64,000 nt of DNA from Octopus sinensis (Eukaryota). The notes beneath the pieces are model-generated. The model saw only the letters and a program-made list of their open reading frames with translations. It had not been told where the DNA came from and did no database searches. Of this stretch, positions 52,628 through 64,000 are shown one piece after another. Numbering within the stretch: the first letter of the stretch is position 1; every line of letters starts with the position of its first letter. The position numbers and the translations under genes are program-made. Location: contig NW_021832232.1 of NCBI RefSeq assembly GCF_006345805.1, positions 124,001 to 188,000 of the forward strand, given 5' to 3'.

Positions 52628-55284
52628 TCATTTGAGGGTGCTAAAATTGTCGGGAATCCAGCCGTGGGTTGCCTGACCAAACAAATCAATGGCCTCTTTG
52701 ACCCTTTCGTATATCATTGAGTAACAAGATCCATCTACAACGGCTGAGAAGTTTAAAATTAAAATTGCCAACTCGTGAAAAGCCTGCAAGATCTCTCTTC
52801 GATGGCCTTCATTTTGTCGAATATCTCCATGTGCTCGGGTCTCTTGCAATGTTTGTATATTGCACTAACATTGTCAATAATACCAAACCAGGCGTTTTCG
52901 ACCGATGTGAGTCTTATAAAGATGACGATCGGGCGTATTCCCAGAGAGATGAGTCTGTCAATCGAAGTCGGATTTAAATTGAGCAGACAATGTGTCCCCT
53001 TCGAGAGAATGAGCCACAAATGTGACCAACCGGGACTTGCGTCTTGGAACTGATTTCTTTGAAACTGGTTCCATACAAATTGTCCTTAAACACGCCAATC
53101 TCCACGAACTGTCCTTCCCTGAGCATTTCCAGCATATTCTTTTTGGATAGAAAATAATATGACTTTGCTTCGACCTCATTCGGCCTTGGACTGCGACTTG
53201 TGCCTAAAGATAAATAAAATGAAATAATCACATGCAACTGCGGTTGTGTACTTGCTGGGATTTTCTGCTGTCAAGTCATTTGTTATTTTGGCGTACTCAG
53301 CCCCCATTATGAAGACAGGTCGGGAGTAGTTGACTACAATACCAGATTGGTGTCTTACACGTAGTGAGCACAGTGACGTGATATGAGGGCACCACGTAGT
53401 CCACGAGAGTGTCCACTGAAGCCTGCTTGTTTGGCTTTGGTCCTTTTGATTTCAACGAACAAAATAAATTAGTTCGAGAACCTCCTCGCGTATTCTGAAA
53501 TGAACAATAAATATAACATTTTCCAAATTATCAAACTGAAATTTGACTTTTCTCAGTCTATTTAAATACGTTTTTTCAACTCTAAAATGACCACAACTCA
53601 ATACCTGGTTTTGCTCGGAATGAACCCGACAGAGGACACTCTATCATTCGACGAAGGGGATATTCTGACGGCCTGCCACCAGTCGACGTCCCCCATGTTG
53701 ACCACCAGTAATATATCTCCACAAATGAATGACAAAGCAGGTTTGGGGATTCTTTGATCAGACTCAGCAGAGAATGAGAATTCTGTCCCGACATATGTGG
53801 GAGACTTGTCCGTCGTCTTTATGCCTAAACATGGCCTTTCATAGTTCTTTAGTAATCTTAATGCTTCGAATTCTACGAATTAGTCCGAATTTTACCGATG
53901 GGCTCATATCTGACGTGAAAAGTGGTTGGTTCGGCAACATTTTTCAAGATTTCTACTGCTCGGGAATGCTCTACATTGACAAGATTGTGATCATTGACCT
54001 TGAATATATATTTGTGGTCTATACTTGTACTATTTTGTCCCCATTCCGCAAATGTCCCTCAATGTCAGCAGCCCCTCCGGGAATAATGTACGATACGAAG
54101 ATTCCCCCACTTTGGTCACTCCCCCCAATAAAATAGAAACCAAAATTTTGAGAACTCGAACGTCGAAGGACAATTTCCCTTATATCCGACCCCCTAGTCA
54201 TTTAGGAATAAAAAGACTATCGAATTAGACGGGATTGTGCAGCTGTAATTGGCAATCAATCACGCATAATAATCAATTAATAGAAACGGCTAATTTATAG
54301 TTGTGTGGATGCTATTAGGCGGACAATACCCTGTCATTTGGTTGGGAAGATTGTCGGGACAGTCGCCTGTTTAGTTATTATTAATTTATACAATTAGGGA
54401 GTTTTGATTGAATGGGCTGAGACGCCACAAATCCCTGCGAATCAAAAATAGAACATGAAACATTTTTTGGACGTGAACCACTCGTCGATACAGGTCTAAA
54501 CAGAGTTATTCCTGTATTTTTACAAAGCGGTGATTGTCCTGTTATTGTTGTGTTCTGCCATTTTATTGAGTGCTGGTTTAGCTTAATAATTTAAAGAAAG
54601 AAATACGATCGATCGTGCACTCACTGCGGCAATTCGGGAATTTATTTGATTTTTTGGTAGCCGTTACAGTTCGAGGGCAATCAATCTTGAGCTATAAATA
54701 TAAATTAATAATTTATATAAGATAAAACATTAAATTTTTGATCATTGTGTGGTTTGCTTTGAAATTTGAAATCAATCTCTTCGAGTTGTGCTAGAGGAGC
54801 TTTAGAGGACATCTAAAACAAGATTAATAGAAGTGCGAGTATATGCCGAATAGCTGTATGTTTTGTTCACTTGGCTACTTAAATCAATACCGCTCCTCAA
54901 TCGACTAAGCATTCGAAAGAAATGTGTCTAATTAATCACACTAACACGAGTATTTTGAGGCAAAAGCGGGGTTTGGTGCATAGAAATATTTTAATGAGTA
55001 CGCGCAATACAAAGCATTATATTGTGTGGTATTTAGTCAATACAATTGTAGCTAACAGCTGTAACGAGGAAAACCAATTTTAATGTTTTATTTACCTTGA
55101 CTTGTCCGGACAGTGATTTAGTTGATTCAGCCGTGGCCTTTCTACTAAAGCTGGACGAATGCAAGTTTATTAATGACACGAGTGAATCGATAAATTCTCG
55201 AAATTCACCATTTTTTGCATAAATTTCACTTGTTTTGAGTTTTTTATAGTAAAAATGAAGATCTGCATAACCATTAGCAGCCAT
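52628..55284 (-). CDS. DLG-like MAGUK (PDZ-SH3-HOOK-GK), multi-exon
   Basis: PDZ IVLRR..FGFYFIGG..GIFVSYIIPGGAAD.EGHLRNGDKI; SH3 with WW.A and GFIPS; GK NYSRPVFIMG..FVEIGVFKDNLYGT. The 5' exons are uncertain. Confidence 0.82.
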
Positions 55285-55889
55285 GGCTTAACTGTACAGC
55301 TGGATAATCTGGTAGTTCATTCAGTCACAATTCCAAAATCAGCGACTGTCAGTTGAAAAGAACGGGTTAAGTGACCACTGCGTCTTTTTATTAGCATTAA
55401 TTAGGAATTCAATCGATTTTACTTTTTTGTTCACTAAGCACACACAATTTGGCCAAATTACTACACTAATCTATTAAAACGGCCCATTAATGGACTAACG
55501 GGTATAAATTTACTCCAAAAAATTTCCCTAGATCAACTGGTGTGTGTCGGAGAGTAGTCCAAGAAATCTTGAAAGATCACAAATATAAAATTTTCGTGAT
55601 GCGCATATCAGATTAATCAATTATGACAGAGGACACTTCCTGAGGGAATTGATTGCAATTCATTCAAAACAAATAAACGGAATTGTCTAAATTCATTATC
55701 TAAAGTGTACATGTGAGTAAATGGTTGTGTCCATGTTCCCTCATTATAAATATCGGGTTTTTTAGAATCATGGTTTTATTTTATGGTTACTGTGCACTAA
55801 TTCTCTTCCAAACTATACTTCCGATCTTTGTTTCGCCGTTTATCTTATTCAGTTGAATTTTTTTTTTTTCAGAACAAGTATTTAATTAC

Positions 55890-56215
55890 AAGTTTAATTA
55901 ATAAGGCTACATGGGCGGGAAAGACGCGATCGAGAAAGAATTAGAGGTACTATCGCAAGGGATATGCTCAAAAACATCTCGATTGCGGCGTCTGTGATGG
56001 CAGACATGCGGGATCCGATTTGAACGAAGTGAGCCTTACTCCCAAGGAACGGAAGTCTCAACCGCGAATGGAAGGAATTGGAAACCGTAAGTGAGGAGTA
56101 CTTCCGCATCTTTTTGCTTCCGCGGTTGTGAATGATCCAGGAGCGGAGGCGGACATCAGAGGTCTGAGCCGAGAAAAGAGTCCACATACGTGGAATCCCA
56201 GGGAGATTCCCCCTG
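55890..56215 (-). mobile_element. Degenerate CRE-like 3' fragment
   Basis: WDSTYVDSF..RKYSSL..LPFAVETS..ISLAI. Confidence 0.6.
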
Positions 56216-57337
56216 GCTTAGTTGAATTTATATTAAAATTCTTACAAGAGCACGAGATGTTCTTGTAAAGGAATGGGCTCGATAGATGAATGTTGTGATT
56301 TTTAAGTAGACTTAAGAACAGGCTTGGATATTGTACTTTGTCATCTCAAAAACATCCACAATACTCACGAGAGTGTATGAATGTTTTGAAATAGCAAATT
56401 CAACGCTTGAGATTCAAATTCTTAGGATAAACAGAGAAGGCGAAACGAAGAAACGGAGTGGACGGATAACGACCCCTGAAAAAATAGCGAGAAATTGGAC
56501 AAATAAAGTCTTGAAAAAGAGGCTGGGCGAGGCCGAAATGCCAGCAAATTTGAATTTTTGATAATTAAGCGACAATTCTACTCACATCAGCAGCAATCTG
56601 AACCAGAAACCCACCAATACAAAAATTGACAGGTAAGGCAATGAGAATGATCTAAAACTGGTAAACGAAAATTCAAAAACTGGAGAGTCTGGAAGCGTAT
56701 CGTGGTCTTGAGATCAATAATATTTATAAACCTCAAGATACATGGATGGGCGTTATAAATTGATTAGATAATTAAGATTATTAGTTAATTCAGTTGATCT
56801 GATGATATTTGTGGTCTTATTGGTGTTAAGATCACTGTCGTATTCTCAATTCATATTTAGTAATTGGTTAATATTCGCGGATTCGATTCATTCCTGAAAA
56901 GTGTTAGTGAGGAGATTACATTTCTCAAAAGATCAGGAAAATAAAATATTCGACTCTGTTCATATTAAATCGTATTGAAATATTTAATCAAATTAGTGTT
57001 TGAGGTGAGAATAGAGCGTGTCAAATGAATATATAGTGCTTGATCGGGTTCGATTCTCGGATTCGATTTGGAATGAGTAACTTTGACCGATGGTTGTTAT
57101 TAGCAAATATTTAGTGACATCAGGGTGGAGTAAATTGAAGACTGACATGAAAATTGTTCGGACGTTCTCTGCTCTTCGTGCTGATAAATCAAGCTATACC
57201 ATATGTAAGGAATATGGTTACTACGCTAAGATCTTTAACAAACACATCTCTCCAAAAACTTACATTTAAATTTATAATTTCGTTTATATAAATTGCCTTA
57301 ATTGATAGGGGAATTACACAAAATGTGACAATAAATA

Positions 57338-57722
57338 TCATAAACGACAACTGGAATTATTGAGCGAGCGGAATCGAGTCATATATGCAGTCATGTACTC
57401 AATGTAGGAATCAAAGCCAAGTCTGGACATTGCAGAAATGATGTCCTGTCCGTTTATAGTTTTGCGAGTCTCTTCAGCGCATATATCCACGGCCCTTAAA
57501 TAGGAAAACTCTCCCCAACTCGTCAGTGACGAACCCCATGAATTCCGTCGCGAATTCTTTTATTAAATTTTTCGCGTCTTTGGAGATTTTGATATCCTGA
57601 TCAACTGCCAGACGAATGACTTTGTCGATATTTGCCAGAGGGAGAAATCGGTCCTGTTCTCGCACTTTAGTCGTCGGATGTTCATGTAATGCGTCTGCAG
57701 GCAACCCATCAGGTACGTCCAT
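57338..57722 (-). CDS. NFYB: Nuclear transcription factor Y subunit beta (histone fold)
   Basis: REQDRFLPLANI..KISKDAK..EFMGFVTDE|AVDIC..RKTINGQDII.AMSRLGFDSY; one 25-nt intron. Confidence 0.9.
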
Positions 57723-58517
57723 AAACTAACTAATAAACATTTATGTAAATATTTAAAATAAAATTTATAGAAATCATATTGGAGTAAGCCAAAAAGGGAA
57801 AGGGTCGTGTTTGGGTAAAACAGTTTCGAACTTCCAAACTAGAAACATTAACTGTGGAGTTTGTTTAACACACCTGCATGTAACTGGAGGACACTCAATA
57901 CTCACAACAAAAATGCTTGGGACCGTGTTATTTGGAGTTTTAATTTCAGTTAAAGTATTTTGCAACAAGTTTTTTCCAAAATTAAAATAATATTTTCAGC
58001 AGCCACAAACAAATTTTATGTCTGCCCTTTACCTACTTTGATGTTGTGCCGTTGATCGTCGGAATCCTTGTCGTTGAATGTGCTGACAGAATGGAAACAT
58101 TTCCTATTTTTATTTTTCTATCAATCTACTGTCTGTACTTAATAAAGTTCATAAATTTTTTAAAATGTAGAGACAATCCCATTCCAAATAAAGACAATCC
58201 GACACTTTCAGCAGTGTGAATTAATCGTAATTACAGAATGTCATATTTGTGCAGTTCTCTGCAGATTTAGATTATATATTGAGGTGACTTGAATGACATA
58301 TTCTCTTTTATTGTAGAGGAATATGTCGGCCTTGTTATATTTAGGTCAATTGAAATTTTTTAACATCAAGACCACTGCAATTCTAACCTATATTTGCAAA
58401 AATCACTTTGACAACGATAAAAATGATTTCCAATCGTTTAGACTTTTACGAGTTTGTTAAAAATTATAAGAATGCCAATTAATTAATTTAATAACTCATC
58501 ATGTGGTGAGACAGTCA

Positions 58518-59657
58518 ATGGCTTCGAAAAATAACCAAGAAAAGCGTGTTCTGAATTCCAAGACTCAGAAAGTGAGTGCAATTTAGTAATCCCAAAGGCT
58601 ACAGCAGCCGACATAATAGAACATGACAGACGCTCAGGAGGCACCCCATTTGTGGAATGTTCAGTCGAATTGAGTAGACTGGTGGAATCCAGCACCGTAT
58701 CCCCGAGTACTAAAATATGCTAAGTGCCAGAACAAGTGCGTCGACTGGCCTGGAAGGGAATCCCCTCATCTCTAAGACAGCGCACATGGCAATTGCTGCT
58801 TGTATTGCCAGCATTATTGAGTGTTAGAATTGGAATCACGACCCATGCGAAAGAGGCAAAAACTATTGGCGACTGGTAGAACAGTATTTTCCGACACACC
58901 GACACAACAAGGACATTCACCGGCAGGTTAGTCCCTTCAACCGAGTTAGATCATGGTGGACATTCCTCGAATGAGCATCCCCCTGGACGACGTGGAAGAT
59001 GTACTGGAACGAGTGCTGTATATGTGGGCAGTCCGCCACCCTGCCTCGGGGTACGTTCAGGGCATCAATGACCTGGCTGTCCCCTTCCTCTGCGTCTATT
59101 CGGGTCTCGTCGATTTCGAGGCAGAAACATTCTGGTCACTCACCAAACTGACTGAAGGAATCCAGGATTACTACACTCCTGGACAGCCTGGAATATTCCG
59201 CAGTCTCGAACTCATCGAACAAGTCATCAGACTTACTGACAGTTGAGAATGCCCTTTCACTCACAGGCAATCTCCACCACAAGATCACATCCCTCGGAAT
59301 TGACTTTTCTCACTTTGCCTTCCGTTGGGTCAATAATTTATTGTTGAGGGAACTGCCTCTCCACTGCAGAATTCGACTATTCGACACATATTTGGTTTGC
59401 CTTCTCCCACATTGCCAGTGTGAACTCGATCGCCTACAAACCTTCCATGTCTACGTGTGTGCTGAATTGCTGCGGTTCTTTGCTCCCAACATTACACAAC
59501 AACACGACTTTCAGGTTTAATGACATTGCCAATCAAGTCGCTATTGCTATTCCTTCAAAACCTGCCCACAGGTGACTGGACTGAGACAACTATGGACGAG
59601 TTACTCGGGAGGGCTTTGTGTGCCATGTCCGCTTGTGATAATTCTCAATATTTTTAA
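58518..59657 (+). CDS. TBC1D22: TBC1D22/Gyp1-like Rab-GAP
   Basis: LAWKGIP..RTWQLL, Q|IMVDIPR, WAVRHPASGYVQGINDL, GIQDYY..QPGI, FAFRW.NNLLLRE, LQNLPT. Confidence 0.9.
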
Positions 59658-59676
59658 TAATCAGAGCAGTCTAATA

Positions 59677-61891
59677 TTAGTTGTTCGTTTGGATTTGAAC
59701 CAGTCGTCGGTATATTCCATTTTGGGCCATCAACTCTCCGTGAGTCCCTGCCTAAAACATATCCACCGTGGCAACCTCGACGACACGACCCTCCCCGACA
59801 ACGTAGATCATATCAGAGTTCTTTATCGTGCTTAGTCTATGGGCGACTACAATAACAGTCCTCCCTTCTAATAGCACAATTTACAGACCTGCAGAAATAT
59901 TCTCAATCGACTTGAAAATCGCCTTCTCTGCCTCAGAATCGAGAGCACTGGTTGCTTCGTCGAATATAAGGACAGAGGGGTTCTTAATGAGTGCACGTGC
60001 AATCGCAATCCGCTGCTTTTGTCCCCCGGAAAGGAAATGACCCTCCTCCCCGACCATTGTGGAGTACCCATTGGGGAATGCGGTTATGAATTCGTGGGCA
60101 TCCGCCATTTGGGCAGCCTGGACGACCTGCAAATCAGTTGCTGATGGGTTTCCGAAACGAATGTTCTCAAAAATAGAAGTAGCGAAAAGACATGGCTCCT
60201 GAATACTGACTCAGTGGATTTAACCTGACTGACATATCCAATGACTTGTCCCCGCAGCCACTTTAGGTCCAAATCCTTGATATCACAGCCGTCGAGAGTC
60301 ACAGAACCACTGTCCACGTCGTATAGACGTTCGATTAGACTGACGATGGTTGATTTGCCTCCCCCTGACTCCCCCACCAAGGCCACCACACTCCCCGCAG
60401 GAATATTCAAAGACAGATTTTCAAACACTGCCTCATTCCTGCTCGGGTAGGAGAAAGCGACGTGGTTCATGGTGATATTACCGTGTAGTTCGTAAGGGGG
60501 GATGACACGTCCTCCGCCAGGCCATTCCCCTTCTTCGAGGAACTATTTATATTCACTTCCCGATCACCGGAATAAAGCACGAAGCAGCAGACTTTGCTTT
60601 CACTATTTTCCCGAACAACAGAGAAAGTGTAGCCAGAGACCTTAGGGAATGAAGTAGAGTGGATATACTTCTGGATGGCTTGGAGTGAGACCAAATATGA
60701 CGTCAAATATCCGGGGGTTATGTCATTGGACGCAAGGAGGATTCCTCCGTAGAATATCACTCCCAAAGAGAGACCTGGAGTAGTCAGAATGGAATATTCC
60801 ACTATTCAATGCAATGTTGGACAGTCCTTGCAACACTCCTATTCCCAGTGCCAGTTGTTCATTCAATTTTTGCAAATGTGAGGTCTCCGAGGAATATTGA
60901 CTTGGGTTAGACGGTCACCCAACCTGATCCCCGATTCCTCCATTGACAGAGTTTTGAGTGTCCGGATGTGGCGAATTGCTTCATCCGCAGTGACGAGGCA
61001 CTGAGATGACTGATCCTGACATTTCAAAGAAAGTCCTTTGACGGCCATCGTCAACAGAAATCCTGCAGATATGACGAGGGGCACAGTCGTGAACGTAGCC
61101 AAGGCGAGTTTGCTTGATAGTTGGAACAGTGTGAGGAAAGATCCCATAATCTGGACTTAGGATAACACCCCACCTGAGTCACACACTTTATCCCCGTGGT
61201 TAAACAGTGTTTGAACAGACTTTTGAACTCAGTAATGTCCGAAGTGGCCCTCAAGATGAGCCAAACACGAAAACCTGCTGACTAGTTCACCCGATCTGTT
61301 CAAGTCAAAGAAGGCGGTTTCGCGTTTTAAAATATTGGCAAATACACAATGTTTTAATCTATAGGCCAAACGCTCTGCATAACACCCGATTGTGTAGATG
61401 TACGACATTGTGGCCACTCCTTGCAAAATGTACAGCAAAAGGAGTGTCCGCGCGGGGGGAATCAAACAGGCTACGATCGAAGAAGGTTGCGACAACATTA
61501 AATTCACAAAAGCCCCGATTCGTACGGGGATCGCCACATTGATAATCACTGCGACGACTGCCAACAGGACTGCGAATACTGCCATCCACAAGTCGTGAAT
61601 TATATGATTGAGCAAAAGTGTCCAATTTTCAGTTTTGGGAATTTTTGCATTCTCGTTTTCAAGTTTGACTGGATTGAGAAAGAGAGGGGATAAACATAAC
61701 ACGATTCCTCCTCTGATAACACCATTGAAAAACGTTTTTTTAACAGACAGTCGAAAATCGTTGGGGAGTGAGAAGCGTTTACAGATTGCAGGTTTTCGAC
61801 TAACGTATATGAGCCACACTTATGCTCACATTATCAGAAATCGTTTGATTAGTCTGAATTGGAGAGAATAGTTCGCTAGCATGAGTGGCAT
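59677..61891 (-). CDS. ABCB8: Mitochondrial ABC half-transporter, ABCB8-like
   Basis: [39 protein letters not shown]|[30 protein letters not shown]. Confidence 0.85.
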
Positions 61892-61999
61892 TATGTGAGG
61901 CAATGCAACAAATCATATTCAATTAAAAATTATTAATAAATAAGAGATATGATTATAAACATTTTAAATATTCTTCCATACAAATATCACTCAGAAAGG

Positions 62000-63110
62000 G
62001 GTTCCCAACCTGAAATTCAACTACAAACACGCAGATTGGGTGAAATTTGCCCACTACATTGACAAATCACTGATTAACTTTGATGTAAACTATTTCGATT
62101 CGGTCGACAACGCCCTCAACCATTTCAACCGAACAATTTTGATTGGACAAAAATCATTCTTAAGAATAAGGAAAATTTATCCAAAACCAGTAAGAAAATT
62201 TATTTCGAGGATTCTACCTCTAATCAAAAAACGGATCTCATTGAAAGATCGCTTACATCTTACAAGAGACAACCGGCATCGGATCAGACTACTGAATAAA
62301 GTCATAGAACAGTCTGCAAAGGACAAACGGCACGGGAGGGGTGAAAAGTTCGCCAGAGTACTAAATGCGAAGGTCCCTCAAACAAAAGTATGGGCATCCC
62401 TAAGAAGATTCACAAACTCGGAGAGATTTAAATCCGGTGAGGATAATGCGGCTCCCTTCACCAACAAATTGATAAAGTTCTACTGGGATCAGCAACATCC
62501 CGCACAGGAAATATGATGGACCATGCTTGAAGTCGTTGAAACCTCGAAAATGTCGGGACATGATAATCCTCACCCATGAGGAAGTGTCTCAGACTATCAG
62601 AAATTTAAACAGTCAAATTTATAACTTCTCTATAAACAACAACTCAATACCCACATTGAGGAAAATGGCACACATTCGTCCTATTCTGAAACCAGGAAGA
62701 CCAAAAGACAACCCGGCGTCCTACAGGCCAATATCTCTCCTCTTTGTCCTATCCAAAGTTTCGGAAAACTTATACTCAACCACTTCAAACAATATCTCCA
62801 GAATTTTGATTTTCAACATGGATTTAAATGTGGTAAATCAACCACTTTGCCCCTTGTCACTTTGACGAATTTCATCTCAGATGAATTGCTATCTGCCAAA
62901 CCATATAACCAAAAAACGGTTATGTGCTCAGTGGATATCCATAAGGCTTTTGACTCCATTCCCAGGAAAATACTAACCAGGAAAATATACCTTAGTGGAA
63001 TTCACTCAAAACTGAAAAAGTGGCTAGCTAACTTCCTCAGCAGCCGAAGAGGCAGGATCCAACAAAACAATATCACTCCACTAGAGAATCTAATAAACAA
63101 ATCGATCTAG
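62000..63110 (+). mobile_element. Degenerate Jockey/I-group RT fragment
   Basis: PILKPGR..SYRPISLL, QHGF, CSVDIHKAFDSIPRKIL; homologous to 22803-23925. Confidence 0.8.
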
Positions 63111-63267
63111 TCAGAAATAGCAAAAGATATGTTGACAAGACATCTATTTTAAAATAAATTTTTAAGTAGTTTACAAAAGCACTGAAATAAGCTGAAATGT
63201 GAGAAAAGAATTGGCAATAAAATATAAAGAGAAGTGAGAATAAATAACCAAATGAAAATAAATTATA

Positions 63268-64000
63268 TCAGCCCCGTCTTTTCTTCCACTTTGTCAGTAG
63301 TGTATTGGAAGACGTATTCCTATCCATCTCGAACTCATTCAACTCGGTAGTTTCCTTTGCCACTCACATAACAACCACCAACTTTAAGACGTCGTTGATT
63401 GTCGCGGAAAGTAGCAATCGGGTCGTCGTACTGTCGATAGTACTCAATCACTGGACGGACATCACTCACATTACTCATAGCAATCACTACAATCAAAAAC
63501 CAGCCATACATTTCAAAAAGTCTCCCAAATCAAACAAAGTCGTGTCATCATCTTCTCCCTCCCATTTTTTAAGTTTAAGACAATTCTCCTCCTGTCCAGA
63601 AATAGCATCGGCATTCCAATCGACCATAATCACTTTGGACAGGTCGCGATTGAGACAACTCAAATCCTGCCTGAACCACTCAACACACCTTTATGTGCTT
63701 CCCTTCACATAACGCGTCGAGTCCCTGAAAAGTCTGTACATCACGCACTGCTGCTTGTCCACCGAGTCGATTAAGGGGAAGGCAGTCTAGGAATGACCCT
63801 CTGCCATACCATGCCCGACTCCTGAGTGAAGACCACCACTTCGAACAAGGAGGGGGCCACTTGCTCAAAAAAATAATCCACGCCGGGTCGCTTCTTGAAC
63901 CGCCACCCCGTGTCGAACTAGAAATGCGGAAAAACACGGACAGTCCAGTCGGGACTGAGGAGGACTCCCGTCAGTTCAATCACGAGGGTGTATGGAGGCT
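63268..64000 (-). CDS. TIMM50: Mitochondrial import subunit TIM50, 3' part
   Basis: [38 protein letters not shown]|[30 protein letters not shown]. Confidence 0.92.

Noticed and set aside
56238-56275. Hairpin ttacaagagca...tgttcttgtaa as an ncRNA or Helitron end
   Set aside because: Single occurrence amid retroelement debris, with no supporting termini.

Overview
AT-rich, compact animal (metazoan) nuclear DNA, not prokaryotic. About 20 protein-coding genes are broken by very many tiny spliceosomal introns (mostly 21-31 nt), so the supplied ORF track is fragmentary. I spliced most genes by hand. Genes include two DLG-like MAGUKs, LENG1, RPL12, a Src-like kinase, SREK1/SRSF11, MRPL18, a DZANK1-like/annexin locus, PLEKHM1-like, innexin, a LIM protein, ALG2, cytohesin, PRPS, dynein light intermediate chain, SC5D, NF-YB, TBC1D22, ABCB8 and TIM50. 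There is also one tRNA-Ala. Innexin, DLG and a Src-like kinase together with ~25-nt introns fit a dicyemid mesozoan best (inference, not verified). Intergenic space is packed with mostly decayed transposons: hAT/Buster, Tc1, pogo/Tigger, RTE-like, Jockey/I-like, CRE-like, and R4-like RLE elements that resemble microsporidian ones. The most interesting signals are a probable DZANK1-domain/annexin fusion gene, non-canonical mini-introns (GC-AG, a possible GT-TG, a possible 18-nt intron), and the microsporidia-like retroelements. All family assignments come from recalled motifs; no database searches were run.
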